44,395 nt of DNA from positions 1-44,395 of the forward strand of contig JBIIDF010000003.1 in assembly GCA_044238535.1 (NCBI GenBank), given 5' to 3'. A program made the translations under genes and the position numbers. The notes beneath the pieces were generated by a model. The model did not search any database, was not told the DNA's origin, and worked only from the letters and a program-made list of their open reading frames with translations. This stretch comes from Vicinamibacterales bacterium. Its GTDB lineage: Bacteria; Acidobacteriota; Vicinamibacteria; Vicinamibacterales; UBA2999. Below, in pieces: positions 27,399 through 36,443 of the stretch; within the stretch, counting starts at the first letter, position 1; every line of letters begins with the position of its first letter.

Positions 27399-28484
27399 TC
27401 AGCGGTTTGTGTCGGCGTGCCGGGCAGACCGGGGCGCGCGCGTACGCACGGGGCGCGAACCCGCGCTGCCCTCGGGTGTTCGAGTCACGCGGAGCTGCGT
27501 TTCCCGTGAGAGGCGTCGTCGTGTCACGGGAGGAGCCGCGGCGGCCACGACCTCGCGCTCCAGAAGTTCCTGGGTGAGCACCCCCCCGAACCGCCCCAGT
27601 GCCGAGGCATCGAGGTCGTGCCAGGCGCCAGCCGTGCCCCTCGCGTCGGACACCACCGACTGCAGGTGCGTTTCCGACCCCGCAAAGACCCGCGCATACA
27701 GCGACTGGCAGAGGGCGTAGGCGCGGCCCCCGGCCCAGTCGTCCGGCAGCAGCGCGGTGGGCAGACGCGGATCGCGCAGGACGATGCGGCGGTATTCGTG
27801 GGCGAGCAGCGTGCGCACGACGAAGCTGTCGGCGGGTGAGAGCGCCTGCCCCTGTGCCAGCGCCTCGTCAATCGGACCGAAGGTGCGGATGAGGCGCTCG
27901 TAGCGATCGCTGAGGTCGGCGAGGTTCCAGCTGGCCTGCACCAGCTGCTGCTCGTCTGCGCGCGACTGGAGGGCGGCCTGCACGACAACGGCGCCGGCCG
28001 ACAGGCCCAGCAACTGCAGGTGTCCGGTGACCGCCCGGGGCGTGCATGTGGGGTGCACGAAGACTTCCGGGCTCATGCGTCCGAACCCGAGCCACTGCAG
28101 CTCGCGGGCGGCCGTGTCGCGGATGGTCAGCCCGGCCGGCATCAGCACCATCGTCCACGTGCGGTGCGGCAGCTCGGGCGGGGGCTCGTAGATGCGCTGG
28201 GCGGCGTCGGCGCTCCGTGCCTTCCCGACGGGCGTGAGGCGATACACGCTGATGCGGCCGATGCGCTGGGGGTGAAACCACCCGTCGTGGGTGAGGCGTG
28301 AGGCCGACGTGCGCACCAGGCGCTCGGTGAGGCCGAAGGGCGCGGCCAGTGCGATGAGGCTGCCCAGGGCAAGCGAGCCGCCGTGCGGGGCGACGGCGTC
28401 ACCGAAGAGGGTGACGAGCAGCGAGCCCCCGCGCAGCGGGCGGCGCTGGCGGAAGGTCCGGAGGGCAGAGGCAACGGCGCGCAC
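27399..28484 (-). CDS. paaX: Phenylacetate degradation repressor PaaX
   Basis: [46 protein letters not shown] motifs. Divergent from paaA. Confidence 0.93.
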   Translation of the reverse strand: MRAVASALRTFRQRRPLRGGSLLVTLFGDAVAPHGGSLALGSLIALAAPFGLTERLVRTSASRLTHDGWFHPQRIGRISVYRLTPVGKARSADAAQRIYEPPPELPHRTWTMVLMPAGLTIRDTAARELQWLGFGRMSPEVFVHPTCTPRAVTGHLQLLGLSAGAVVVQAALQSRADEQQLVQASWNLADLSDRYERLIRTFGPIDEALAQGQALSPADSFVVRTLLAHEYRRIVLRDPRLPTALLPDDWAGGRAYALCQSLYARVFAGSETHLQSVVSDARGTAGAWHDLDASALGRFGGVLTQELLEREVVAAAAPPVTRRRLSRETQLRVTRTPEGSAGSRPVRTRAPRSARHADTNR

Positions 28485-28496
28485 ACCTCATGGTAA

Positions 28497-28538
28497 ATGA
28501 CACAAAACGCTGTTGCAACGGAGCCTTTTTGGTGTCAT
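28497..28538. promoter_or_regulatory. PaaX operator (long-spaced inverted repeat)
   Basis: ATGACAC(28497-28503)-N28-GTGTCAT(28532-28538) with A and T tracts inside, lying between paaX and paaA. Confidence 0.7.
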
Positions 28539-28576
28539 ATTCCGGACAGTCATCCTTGCCCGACACAGGAGCCGCC

Positions 28577-29563
28577 ATGCACACCCCTGCCATCCCTGCC
28601 CTCACGCCCGTGCCCCCGGCCGACGAGACCGAGCGGCTGGCGCGGTTCCAGGCGCATGTCGATGCGGAAGAAAAGATCGAGGCCAAGGCATGGATGCCCG
28701 AGGCCTACCGCCGCACGCTGGTCCGCCAGATCTCGCAGCATGCGCATTCCGAGATTGTGGGCATGCTGCCCGAGGGCAACTGGATCACCCGCGCGCCGTC
28801 GCTGCGCCGCAAGGCCGTGCTGATGGCCAAGGTGCAGGACGAGGCGGGCCATGGCCTGTACCTCTACAGCGCCGCCGAGACGCTGGGGGTGTCGCGGGCC
28901 GAGCTGATGGACCAGCTGCTGGCGGGCACGGCCAAGTATTCGAGCATCTTCAACTACCCGACGCCGACCTGGGCCGATGTCGGCGCGATTGGCTGGCTGG
29001 TCGATGGCGCGGCGATCATGAATCAGGTGGCGCTCTGCCGCTGCTCGTATGGCCCCTATGCGCGGGCGATGGTTCGTATCTGCCGCGAGGAAAGCTTTCA
29101 CCAGCGGCAGGGCTTCGAAATCATGCTGACGCTGGCGCGCGGCACCGACGCGCAGCGGGCGATGGCGCAGGATGCGCTGAACCGGTGGTGGTGGCCGAGC
29201 CTGATGATGTTCGGCCCGAGCGACCGCGAGAGCGTGCACTCGGCGCAGTCGATGCGGTGGAAGATCAAGCGCGTGTCGAACGACGACCTGCGCCAGAAGT
29301 TCGTCGACGCCACCGTGCCACAGGCCGAGTTCCTGGGACTCACCGTGCCCGATCCGGCAGTGCGCAAGGACGAGGCGACGGGCCACTACCACTTTGGCGA
29401 GATGCCGTGGCACGAGTTCCACGAGGTGCTGAAGGGCAACGGCCCCTGCAACCGCGAGCGGATGGCCGCGCGCCGTGCGGCGCACGAGGGCGGGGCCTGG
29501 GTGCGCGAGGCGGCCCTGGCCTACAGCCGCAAACAGCAGGCGCGGCAGTCACGCGCCAGCTAA
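28577..29563 (+). CDS. paaA: 1,2-phenylacetyl-CoA epoxidase subunit A
   Basis: [35 protein letters not shown] and EESFHQRQG diiron motifs. AGGAG SD. Confidence 0.97.
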   Translation: MHTPAIPALTPVPPADETERLARFQAHVDAEEKIEAKAWMPEAYRRTLVRQISQHAHSEIVGMLPEGNWITRAPSLRRKAVLMAKVQDEAGHGLYLYSAAETLGVSRAELMDQLLAGTAKYSSIFNYPTPTWADVGAIGWLVDGAAIMNQVALCRCSYGPYARAMVRICREESFHQRQGFEIMLTLARGTDAQRAMAQDALNRWWWPSLMMFGPSDRESVHSAQSMRWKIKRVSNDDLRQKFVDATVPQAEFLGLTVPDPAVRKDEATGHYHFGEMPWHEFHEVLKGNGPCNRERMAARRAAHEGGAWVREAALAYSRKQQARQSRAS

Positions 29564-29579
29564 TCCGGAACCACAGCCG

Positions 29580-29873
29580 ATGACCACGCCACCGCAGGAC
29601 TGGGCGCTTTACGAAGTGTTCGTGCGGGCCCGTGCGGGCCTCGACCACAAGCATGTCGGCAGTCTGCATGCGGCCGACCCGCAGATGGCGCTGCAGCATG
29701 CGCGCGATACCTATACGCGTCGGCAGGAAGGCGTCAGCATCTGGGTGGTCCGGTCCGACCAGATTTCCGCCTCGGATCCGTCTGATGCCGATGCGCTGTT
29801 TTCACCGGCGGACGATAAGGTCTACCGGCACCCGACCTTCTACACCATTCCCGAGGGAGTCGAAGGACTGTGA
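29580..29873 (+). CDS. paaB: 1,2-phenylacetyl-CoA epoxidase subunit B
   Basis: W.LYEVFVR...GL.HKHVGSLHA.D, YTRR.EGVSIWVV and YRHPTFY motifs. Confidence 0.97.
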   Translation: MTTPPQDWALYEVFVRARAGLDHKHVGSLHAADPQMALQHARDTYTRRQEGVSIWVVRSDQISASDPSDADALFSPADDKVYRHPTFYTIPEGVEGL

Positions 29874-30667
29874 CGGCGGCGTCTTCATCCGCGCCGCTCA
29901 ACAGCGCTGGTGTGGCCACAGACGATCTGTGCGAACTGTTGCTGCGCCTCGGCGACAGCAGCCTCATTCTGGCGCAACGGCTCGGTGAGTGGATTGGCCA
30001 TGCGCCGGCTGTGGAAGAAGATCTGGCGCTCTCGAACACGGCGCTCGACCTGGTGGGTCAGGCGCGTGCATTTCTCACCTATGCCGGCGAGCTCGAGGGG
30101 CGCGGCCGCGACGAAGATGCGCTGGCCTTCCTGCGTGACACGCGCGACTACCGCAACCTGCTGCTGACCGAGCAGCCCAACGGCGACTTTGCCGTGACGC
30201 TCGTGCGGCAGTGTCTGTTCGACCTGTTCCAGGGCGAATTGTTTGCGGCACTGTCGCAGTCGACGGACCAGCGGCTGGCGCAGGTGGCGCGCAAGGCCCT
30301 CACCGAGACGACCTATCACGTGCAATACAGCAGCGGTTGGGTGACGCGCCTCGGCGATGGTACCGACGAGAGCCACCGGCGTGCCCAGCAGGCGCTCGAT
30401 GATTTGTGGCGGTTTACCGGCGAGATGTTCACGGCCGATGCGGTCGAACAGCGGCTGACGGACGCCGGGGTGCTGCCGTCCCTGCCCTCCCTGCGTGCGG
30501 GATGGCTGGCGGCCCTTGATGTCGTGCTGCGTGACGCCACGCTGACCCGTCCGGCAGACGGCTTCTTCCACACGGGCGGCAAGCAGGGCCATCACGGCGA
30601 GGGGCTGGGGCGAATGCTGGCCGAGATGCAGTTCCTGCAGCGTGCCTATCCGGGCGCCTCGTGGTAG
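29870..30667 (+). CDS. paaC: 1,2-phenylacetyl-CoA epoxidase subunit C
   Basis: LRLGD..LIL.QRL.EW.GHAP..EED.AL, EQPNGDFA and EMQFLQRAYPGASW motifs. Confidence 0.95.
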   Translation: MTAASSSAPLNSAGVATDDLCELLLRLGDSSLILAQRLGEWIGHAPAVEEDLALSNTALDLVGQARAFLTYAGELEGRGRDEDALAFLRDTRDYRNLLLTEQPNGDFAVTLVRQCLFDLFQGELFAALSQSTDQRLAQVARKALTETTYHVQYSSGWVTRLGDGTDESHRRAQQALDDLWRFTGEMFTADAVEQRLTDAGVLPSLPSLRAGWLAALDVVLRDATLTRPADGFFHTGGKQGHHGEGLGRMLAEMQFLQRAYPGASW

Positions 30668-30678
30668 GGAGCGGTGCG

Positions 30679-31158
30679 ATGACGCCTCACGACATCGAAC
30701 AGCGCGCCTGGGCAGCCCTGCAGTCTGTGCCCGATCCCGAGCTGCCGCTGCTCACGGTGATCGACCTCGGCATCATCCGGCACGTGCGGGCCACCGCCAG
30801 CGGAGGCGTCTCTGTGGGCGTGGCGCCGACCTATCTTGGATGTCCTGCGACGGCGGTGATTGAGCAGTCGGTGGGCGATGCCCTGCGGGCCGAAGGGTTT
30901 CCCGAGGTGCAGCTCCAGACGGTGCTCGATCCGCCATGGACCACCGACTGGATGACCGATGACGGGCGTCGCAAGCTGCGCGAGCTGGGCATTGTCCCGC
31001 CGGACCGCCCGGCATCGCGGGGCATGCAGGCCGCCGCCTGTCCCCAGTGCGGGTCGCCGCAGACCTCACTGGTGAGCGTCTTCGGTTCCACGCCCTGCAA
31101 GGCGCTGCTCCGCTGCGACAGCTGCCTCGAGCCGTTCGAGCGGTTCAAGTGCCTGTGA
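30679..31158 (+). CDS. paaD: 1,2-phenylacetyl-CoA epoxidase subunit D
   Basis: V.DPELP...DLGIIR, PTY.GCPA, PWTTDW, CPQCGS, FGST.CKAL..C..CLEPF..FKC motifs. Confidence 0.95.
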   Translation: MTPHDIEQRAWAALQSVPDPELPLLTVIDLGIIRHVRATASGGVSVGVAPTYLGCPATAVIEQSVGDALRAEGFPEVQLQTVLDPPWTTDWMTDDGRRKLRELGIVPPDRPASRGMQAAACPQCGSPQTSLVSVFGSTPCKALLRCDSCLEPFERFKCL

Positions 31159-31186
31159 CCCACGCCTCACCTGCGCTGTCCCTGCC

Positions 31187-32278
31187 ATGACCACGTTCCA
31201 TGCGCTCCGCGTGACCGACATCACCCCGGTGGCCGACGATGCCGTCGCCGTGACGTTCGGCGTGCCTGACGCGCTGCGCGAACAGTATCGCTATGCCCCA
31301 GGGCAGCACATCACGCTGCGCCTGATGATGGACGGCGTCGAGATTCGCCGGCCCTACTCGATTTGCAGCAGCGCCGGAGCCCAGCAGGTTCGCATCGGGG
31401 TGCGGCAGGTGGCCGGCGGACTGGTGTCGACCTACATCAACCGCACGCTGCGCGTGGGCGACCTCGTCGATGTCATGCCACCCGCGGGTCGCTTCACGGT
31501 GCCCATGGACGCGCGGCACCGGAAGACGTATGCGTTTTTCGCGGCTGGCTCTGGCATCACGCCGATCCTGTCGAATCTGGCCAGCGTGCTCGAGTCGGAA
31601 CCGCAGAGCCAGTGCCTGCTCTGCTTCGGGAACCAGACCGTGGCGAGCACGATGTTTGCCGACGAGCTGATGGCCCTGAAGAACCGCTACATGACGCGGC
31701 TCGAGCTGTGCTTCTTCCTGAGCCGCGAGTATCAGGATATTCCGCTGTTCAACGGCCGCCTCGATGCCGCCCGGGTGCAGGCACTGGTGCCGACGGTGTT
31801 CGGCGAACGCCACTTCGACGACTGTTTCGTGTGCGGACCCGGCGAGATGATCGACGAGGTGAGCGCGGCCCTGATCGCAGCCGGTGTGGTCGATGCGGGC
31901 CACGTGCACAGCGAGCGGTTTGTGGCAGGCCCCAGGCCGGTGTCGGCCGGGATGGCGGCGGCAGCCGCGCAGGCGGCCGAGGAGGCGGGGGCCGCCATGA
32001 CCGCCGTCACGGTGGTGATGGATGGCCGCACGCGCACCTTCCGCATGCCGCAGTCGGGCGAGACGCTGCTTGACGCCGGCCTGCGTCAGGGACTCAACCT
32101 GCCCTACTCGTGCAAGGCCGGGGCGTGTGCGACATGCCGCTGCCGGGTCACCAGTGGCACGGCACACATGGCCGTGAACCATTCCCTCGAGCGGTGGGAA
32201 GTCGAGGCCGGCTATGTGCTGACATGCCAGTCGGCGCCGACCACCGACGCCATCACGCTCGACTACGACGTGCGGTAG
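31187..32278 (+). CDS. paaE: 1,2-phenylacetyl-CoA epoxidase reductase subunit E (FAD/NAD plus 2Fe-2S)
   Basis: RPYSI, AAGSGITP, CGP..M and C-terminal PYSCKAGACATC...LTCQ motifs. Confidence 0.95.
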   Translation: MTTFHALRVTDITPVADDAVAVTFGVPDALREQYRYAPGQHITLRLMMDGVEIRRPYSICSSAGAQQVRIGVRQVAGGLVSTYINRTLRVGDLVDVMPPAGRFTVPMDARHRKTYAFFAAGSGITPILSNLASVLESEPQSQCLLCFGNQTVASTMFADELMALKNRYMTRLELCFFLSREYQDIPLFNGRLDAARVQALVPTVFGERHFDDCFVCGPGEMIDEVSAALIAAGVVDAGHVHSERFVAGPRPVSAGMAAAAAQAAEEAGAAMTAVTVVMDGRTRTFRMPQSGETLLDAGLRQGLNLPYSCKAGACATCRCRVTSGTAHMAVNHSLERWEVEAGYVLTCQSAPTTDAITLDYDVR

Positions 32279-32284
32279 ACACCC

Positions 32285-33064
32285 ATGCCCTACGACACCC
32301 TTCAGTGGTCCGTGACCGAGCGCGTGGCGCGGCTCACGCTGAACCGGCCCGATCGCCTGAACAGCATCACGGTGCAGATGCACGGCGAACTGCGCGACGC
32401 TCTCGGGCGTGTCGAGGCCGAGGGCGCACGCGTGCTGGTGCTGAGCGGTGCCGGGCGCGCGTTCTGCGCAGGGCAGGATCTCGCCGACCCGGCCGTCACT
32501 GCCGAGTCGGATCTGGGCGACTACATCGCGCAGCATTATGCGCCGCTCATCGAGGCGCTGCGCGCACTGCCCGTGCCGACCGTCGCGGCCGTGAACGGCG
32601 TGGCCGCCGGCGCGGGTGCCAGTCTGGCGCTGGCGTGCGATCTGGTCATCGCGGCGCAGTCGGCGTCCTTCCTTCAGCCGTTCTGCCAGCTGGGACTGGT
32701 GCCCGACTCTGGCGCGACCTGGCTGCTGCCGCGTCTGGTGGGACACGCACGGGCCTTGGGGCTCACGCTGCTGGGCGATCGCCTGCCGGCCCCGCAGGCG
32801 GCCGACTGGGGGCTCATCTGGAAGGCCGTCCCGGACGCGGAGTTTGCCGCCACGGTCTCGGAGCTGGCGGCCCGACTGGCTGCGGCTCCCACACGCGGCC
32901 TGGTCTGCACGCGGCAGGCGCTGCAGGCGGCGGCGACGCACACCCTGCCGCAGCAGCTGGTCCTCGAGGGTGAGCTGCAGCGAACCCTTGGACGCACCCA
33001 CGATTATGCCGAAGGCGTGGCGGCGTTCCTGGCCAAGCGTCCACCGGTCTTCACGGGACGCTGA
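32285..33064 (+). CDS. paaG: 2-(1,2-epoxy-1,2-dihydrophenyl)acetyl-CoA isomerase (crotonase family)
   Basis: LNRPDRLNS, FCAGQDL, NGVAAGAGA.LALACD, GLVPDSG and DYAEGVAAF motifs. Located in the paa operon. Confidence 0.92.
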   Translation: MPYDTLQWSVTERVARLTLNRPDRLNSITVQMHGELRDALGRVEAEGARVLVLSGAGRAFCAGQDLADPAVTAESDLGDYIAQHYAPLIEALRALPVPTVAAVNGVAAGAGASLALACDLVIAAQSASFLQPFCQLGLVPDSGATWLLPRLVGHARALGLTLLGDRLPAPQAADWGLIWKAVPDAEFAATVSELAARLAAAPTRGLVCTRQALQAAATHTLPQQLVLEGELQRTLGRTHDYAEGVAAFLAKRPPVFTGR

Positions 33065-33107
33065 GAGACACGATGCGCACACGGCCCTTTCTGTCGGAGC
33101 AGTGACC

Positions 33108-34313
33108 ATGACCCACGCCTTCATCTGTGACGCCGTCCGCACGCCGATTGGCCGCTATGGCGGTTCGCTCGCATCGGTCCGCACCGACGACCTTGCCGCG
33201 GTGTCGCTGCGTGCGCTGGTCGCGCGTCAGCCACAGGTCGACTGGGCGGCCGTTGACGAGGTCTATCTCGGCTGCGCGAACCAGGCCGGCGAAGACAACC
33301 GCAATGTGGCGCGCATGGCGACACTGCTGGCCGGTCTGCCGCAGAGTGTGCCGGGCGCGACGGTCAACCGGCTGTGCGGTTCGGGCCTTGATGCCGTGGG
33401 TCTGGCCGCGCGGGCGATTCGTGTCGGCGATACGTCGCTGGTGCTGGCCGGCGGAGTGGAGAGCATGTCGCGGGCGCCCTACGTGATGGGTAAGGCCGAC
33501 ACGGCATTCTCGCGGGCCATGAAGATCGAAGACACGACCATCGGCTGGCGGTTCGTGAATCCGGTGTTCCGCCAGCAGTTCGGTACCGACTCGATGCCCG
33601 AGACGGCCGAGCACGTCGCGGCCGAGTTCAGCATTGCGCGCGCCGACCAGGACGCCTTCGCGCTCCGCAGTCAGCAGCGCTGGGCCGCAGCCCAGGCCGC
33701 AGGACGGTTTGCCGACGAGCTGATTCCGGTGGCCGTTCCCGCAGGCAAGGGCGAGACCCGTCACGTGACCGTCGACGAGCATCCGCGACCCGACACCACC
33801 CTGGAACAGCTGGCCCGGCTCAAGGGCGTGGTGCGCCCCGACGGTACCGTCACGGCAGGCAACGCCTCGGGCGTGAATGACGGCAGCTGCGCGCTGCTGC
33901 TGGCCAGCGAGGCGGCGATGGCGCGTTTCGGCCTGACGCCCCTGGCTCGTGTCGTGGCGCAGGCCACGGCCGGGGTCGCTCCGCGCATCATGGGCATCGG
34001 CCCGGTGCCGGCCACGCAGGCCGTGCTTGCCCGTGCCGGCCTGTCACTGGCGCAGATGGATGTCATCGAACTGAACGAGGCGTTTGCGGCCCAGGGCCTT
34101 GCCGTGACGCGCCAACTTGGCCTGCCAGACGATGCCGCGCATGTGAATCCGAATGGCGGAGCCATTGCGCTGGGACATCCGCTGGGGGCCAGCGGTGCCC
34201 GTCTGGCCACCACGGCGGCCTACCAGCTGCGGCGCACCGGTGGACGCTATGCCCTGTGCACGATGTGCATCGGCGTGGGGCAGGGCATCGCCCTGGTCCT
34301 CGAACGCGTCTGA
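33108..34313 (+). CDS. paaJ: 3-oxoadipyl-CoA / 3-oxo-5,6-dehydrosuberyl-CoA thiolase (PaaJ/PcaF)
   Basis: NQAGEDNRNVARM, NRLCGSG, NEAFA, GHPLGASG and MCIGVGQG motifs. GGAG SD before ATG 33108. Confidence 0.93.
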   Translation: MTHAFICDAVRTPIGRYGGSLASVRTDDLAAVSLRALVARQPQVDWAAVDEVYLGCANQAGEDNRNVARMATLLAGLPQSVPGATVNRLCGSGLDAVGLAARAIRVGDTSLVLAGGVESMSRAPYVMGKADTAFSRAMKIEDTTIGWRFVNPVFRQQFGTDSMPETAEHVAAEFSIARADQDAFALRSQQRWAAAQAAGRFADELIPVAVPAGKGETRHVTVDEHPRPDTTLEQLARLKGVVRPDGTVTAGNASGVNDGSCALLLASEAAMARFGLTPLARVVAQATAGVAPRIMGIGPVPATQAVLARAGLSLAQMDVIELNEAFAAQGLAVTRQLGLPDDAAHVNPNGGAIALGHPLGASGARLATTAAYQLRRTGGRYALCTMCIGVGQGIALVLERV

Positions 34314-34343
34314 ACGGGCAGCAGGTCCGTAACCCGCGAGGTA

Positions 34344-36413
34344 ATGACGATGACGCTGCGCAACTATGTGTGTGACCAGTGGCACCAGCCGGAGGCCGGG
34401 CTGACCGCGCTTCGCAGTGCCACGACGGGCGACGTGGTGGCGCAGGCTTCCACACAGGGTCTCGATTTCGCGTCTGTGCTGCGGCACGCGCGCGACGTGG
34501 GCGGTCCCCACCTGCGTGCGCTCACGTTCCACGAACGGGCCGCGATGCTGAAGGCGCTCGCCAGGGACCTGACGGAACGCAAGGACGAGTTCTATCCCGT
34601 ATCGTTCGCCACTGGTGCCACGCGTCGTGACTCGTGGATCGACATCGAGGGGGGCTTCGGCACCCTGTTCGTGTATGCCAGCAAGGGCATGCGCGAGCTG
34701 CCGAACGCGCGCGTCTATGCCGATGGTCCGCCCGAGATCATCTCGAAGCAGGGCACCTTCCTCGGCCAGCACATCTGCCTGCCCCTCGACGGTGTCGCGG
34801 TCCACATCAACGCGTTCAACTTTCCCGTGTGGGGCATGCTCGAGAAACTGGCGCCGACCCTGCTGGCCGGCGTGCCGGCCGTCATCAAGCCGGCCACCTC
34901 GACGTCGTATCTGGCGGCGCGCGTGTTCGAGGCGATCATCGCGTCGGGCATCCTGCCGCCGGGCGCCGTGCAGCTACTGTGCGGATCGGTGGGCGATCTG
35001 TTCGATCACCTGACCGGACAGGATGTCGTGTCGTTCACCGGCTCGGCGTCGACGGCGCTACGGCTCAAGACGCATCCGGCGGTGGTGGCCAACGCCGTTC
35101 GCTTCATCGCCGAGACCGACTCGCTCAACTCGTGCATCCTCGGGCCCGACGCGGTGCCGGGCACCGACGAGTTCGACTTGTTCGTGAAGGAAGTGGTCCG
35201 CGAGATGACGGTGAAGGCCGGGCAGAAGTGCACGGCCATCCGGCGAGCATTTGTGCCGCAGCCACTGACGGCCGACGTGATCAAGGCGCTGCAGGCGGCG
35301 CTGGCTCGCATCACGGTGGGTGACCCCGCACTCGACGGCGTGCAGATGGGCCCGCTGGCCTCGCTCGACCAGCGGCGCGAGGTGCTGGCGCGGGTCGAGG
35401 AACTGCGGCAGGAAGCCGATGTGGTGTCGGGCGACATGGCGACGCTCTCACCGAAGGGTGCCGATGCGACGGCGGGGGCCTTTGTGCCGCCGTTCCTCCT
35501 GGTGTGCCGCGATGCGGCGCGTGCCCGCGCGGTCCACTCTGTGGAAGCCTTCGGGCCGGTCTGCACGGTGATTCCCTATGCCGACCTCGACGAAGCCATC
35601 GCGCTCACGCGGCGCGGCGAGGGCAGCCTGGCCGGGTCGATTTTCACGCGCGACGATGAAGTGGCGACGCGGCTGGTGATGGGGCTGGGGCCGTATCACG
35701 GACGTCTGCTCGTGGTGAACCGCGACTGCGCGAAGGAATCGACGGGTCACGGGTCGCCGCTGCCGCATCTCGTGCATGGCGGCCCGGGTCGTGCCGGCGG
35801 TGGCGAGGAACTCGGTGGCATCAGAGGCGTGCTGCACTACATGCAGCGCACGGCGATTCAGGGTTCGCCGCAGACGTTGACGGCCATCACCGGCCGCTTC
35901 GTGAAGGGTGCGACCGAGCACGATCCGGGCACGCATCCGTTCCGCAAGGCGTTCCACGACCTGCGCATCGGCGACACCCTCTGGAGCGCTGAGCGCACCA
36001 TCACCATCGACGACATCGAACGCTTCGCCGACCTCAGCGGCGACCGTTTCTATGCCCACATGGACCAGGCGCTGGCGTCGCGCAATCCCTTCTTTCCGCA
36101 GGGCCGTGTCGCCCACGGCTACTTCCTGATCTCGGCAGCGGCCGGGTTGTTCGTCGACCCGGTCTTCGGGCCGGTGCTGGCCAACTACGGCATCGACCAT
36201 CTGCGGTTTCTGTCGCCGGCCTATCCGGGCGACGTCATCCGCGTACGGGTCACGTGCAAGGAGAAGACGCTCCGCGCGGGGAAGGGCTACGGTGAAGTGC
36301 GCTGGGACACCGACATTGTGAACCAGCGCGGCGAGACCGTTGCCAGCTACGACGTGCTGACCATGGTGAGTGAACATCCGACCCCCGAGGGACCTGTCAC
36401 GCCCGATCGCTGA
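34344..36413 (+). CDS. paaZ: Bifunctional oxepin-CoA hydrolase / aldehyde dehydrogenase PaaZ
   Basis: ALDH domain (INAFNFPVWGMLEK, KAGQKCTAIRR, EAFGPV) fused to a MaoC domain (GD.FYAHMD, VAHGYF). Confidence 0.96.
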   Translation: MTMTLRNYVCDQWHQPEAGLTALRSATTGDVVAQASTQGLDFASVLRHARDVGGPHLRALTFHERAAMLKALARDLTERKDEFYPVSFATGATRRDSWIDIEGGFGTLFVYASKGMRELPNARVYADGPPEIISKQGTFLGQHICLPLDGVAVHINAFNFPVWGMLEKLAPTLLAGVPAVIKPATSTSYLAARVFEAIIASGILPPGAVQLLCGSVGDLFDHLTGQDVVSFTGSASTALRLKTHPAVVANAVRFIAETDSLNSCILGPDAVPGTDEFDLFVKEVVREMTVKAGQKCTAIRRAFVPQPLTADVIKALQAALARITVGDPALDGVQMGPLASLDQRREVLARVEELRQEADVVSGDMATLSPKGADATAGAFVPPFLLVCRDAARARAVHSVEAFGPVCTVIPYADLDEAIALTRRGEGSLAGSIFTRDDEVATRLVMGLGPYHGRLLVVNRDCAKESTGHGSPLPHLVHGGPGRAGGGEELGGIRGVLHYMQRTAIQGSPQTLTAITGRFVKGATEHDPGTHPFRKAFHDLRIGDTLWSAERTITIDDIERFADLSGDRFYAHMDQALASRNPFFPQGRVAHGYFLISAAAGLFVDPVFGPVLANYGIDHLRFLSPAYPGDVIRVRVTCKEKTLRAGKGYGEVRWDTDIVNQRGETVASYDVLTMVSEHPTPEGPVTPDR

Positions 36414-36443
36414 GACGCGGCGCGCCTGTCGGACCACATCGAT

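Noticed and set aside
32616-33107. Extended N-terminus of the thiolase ORF
   Set aside because: It overlaps paaG. The thiolase begins at MTHAFICDAVRTP with its own SD.
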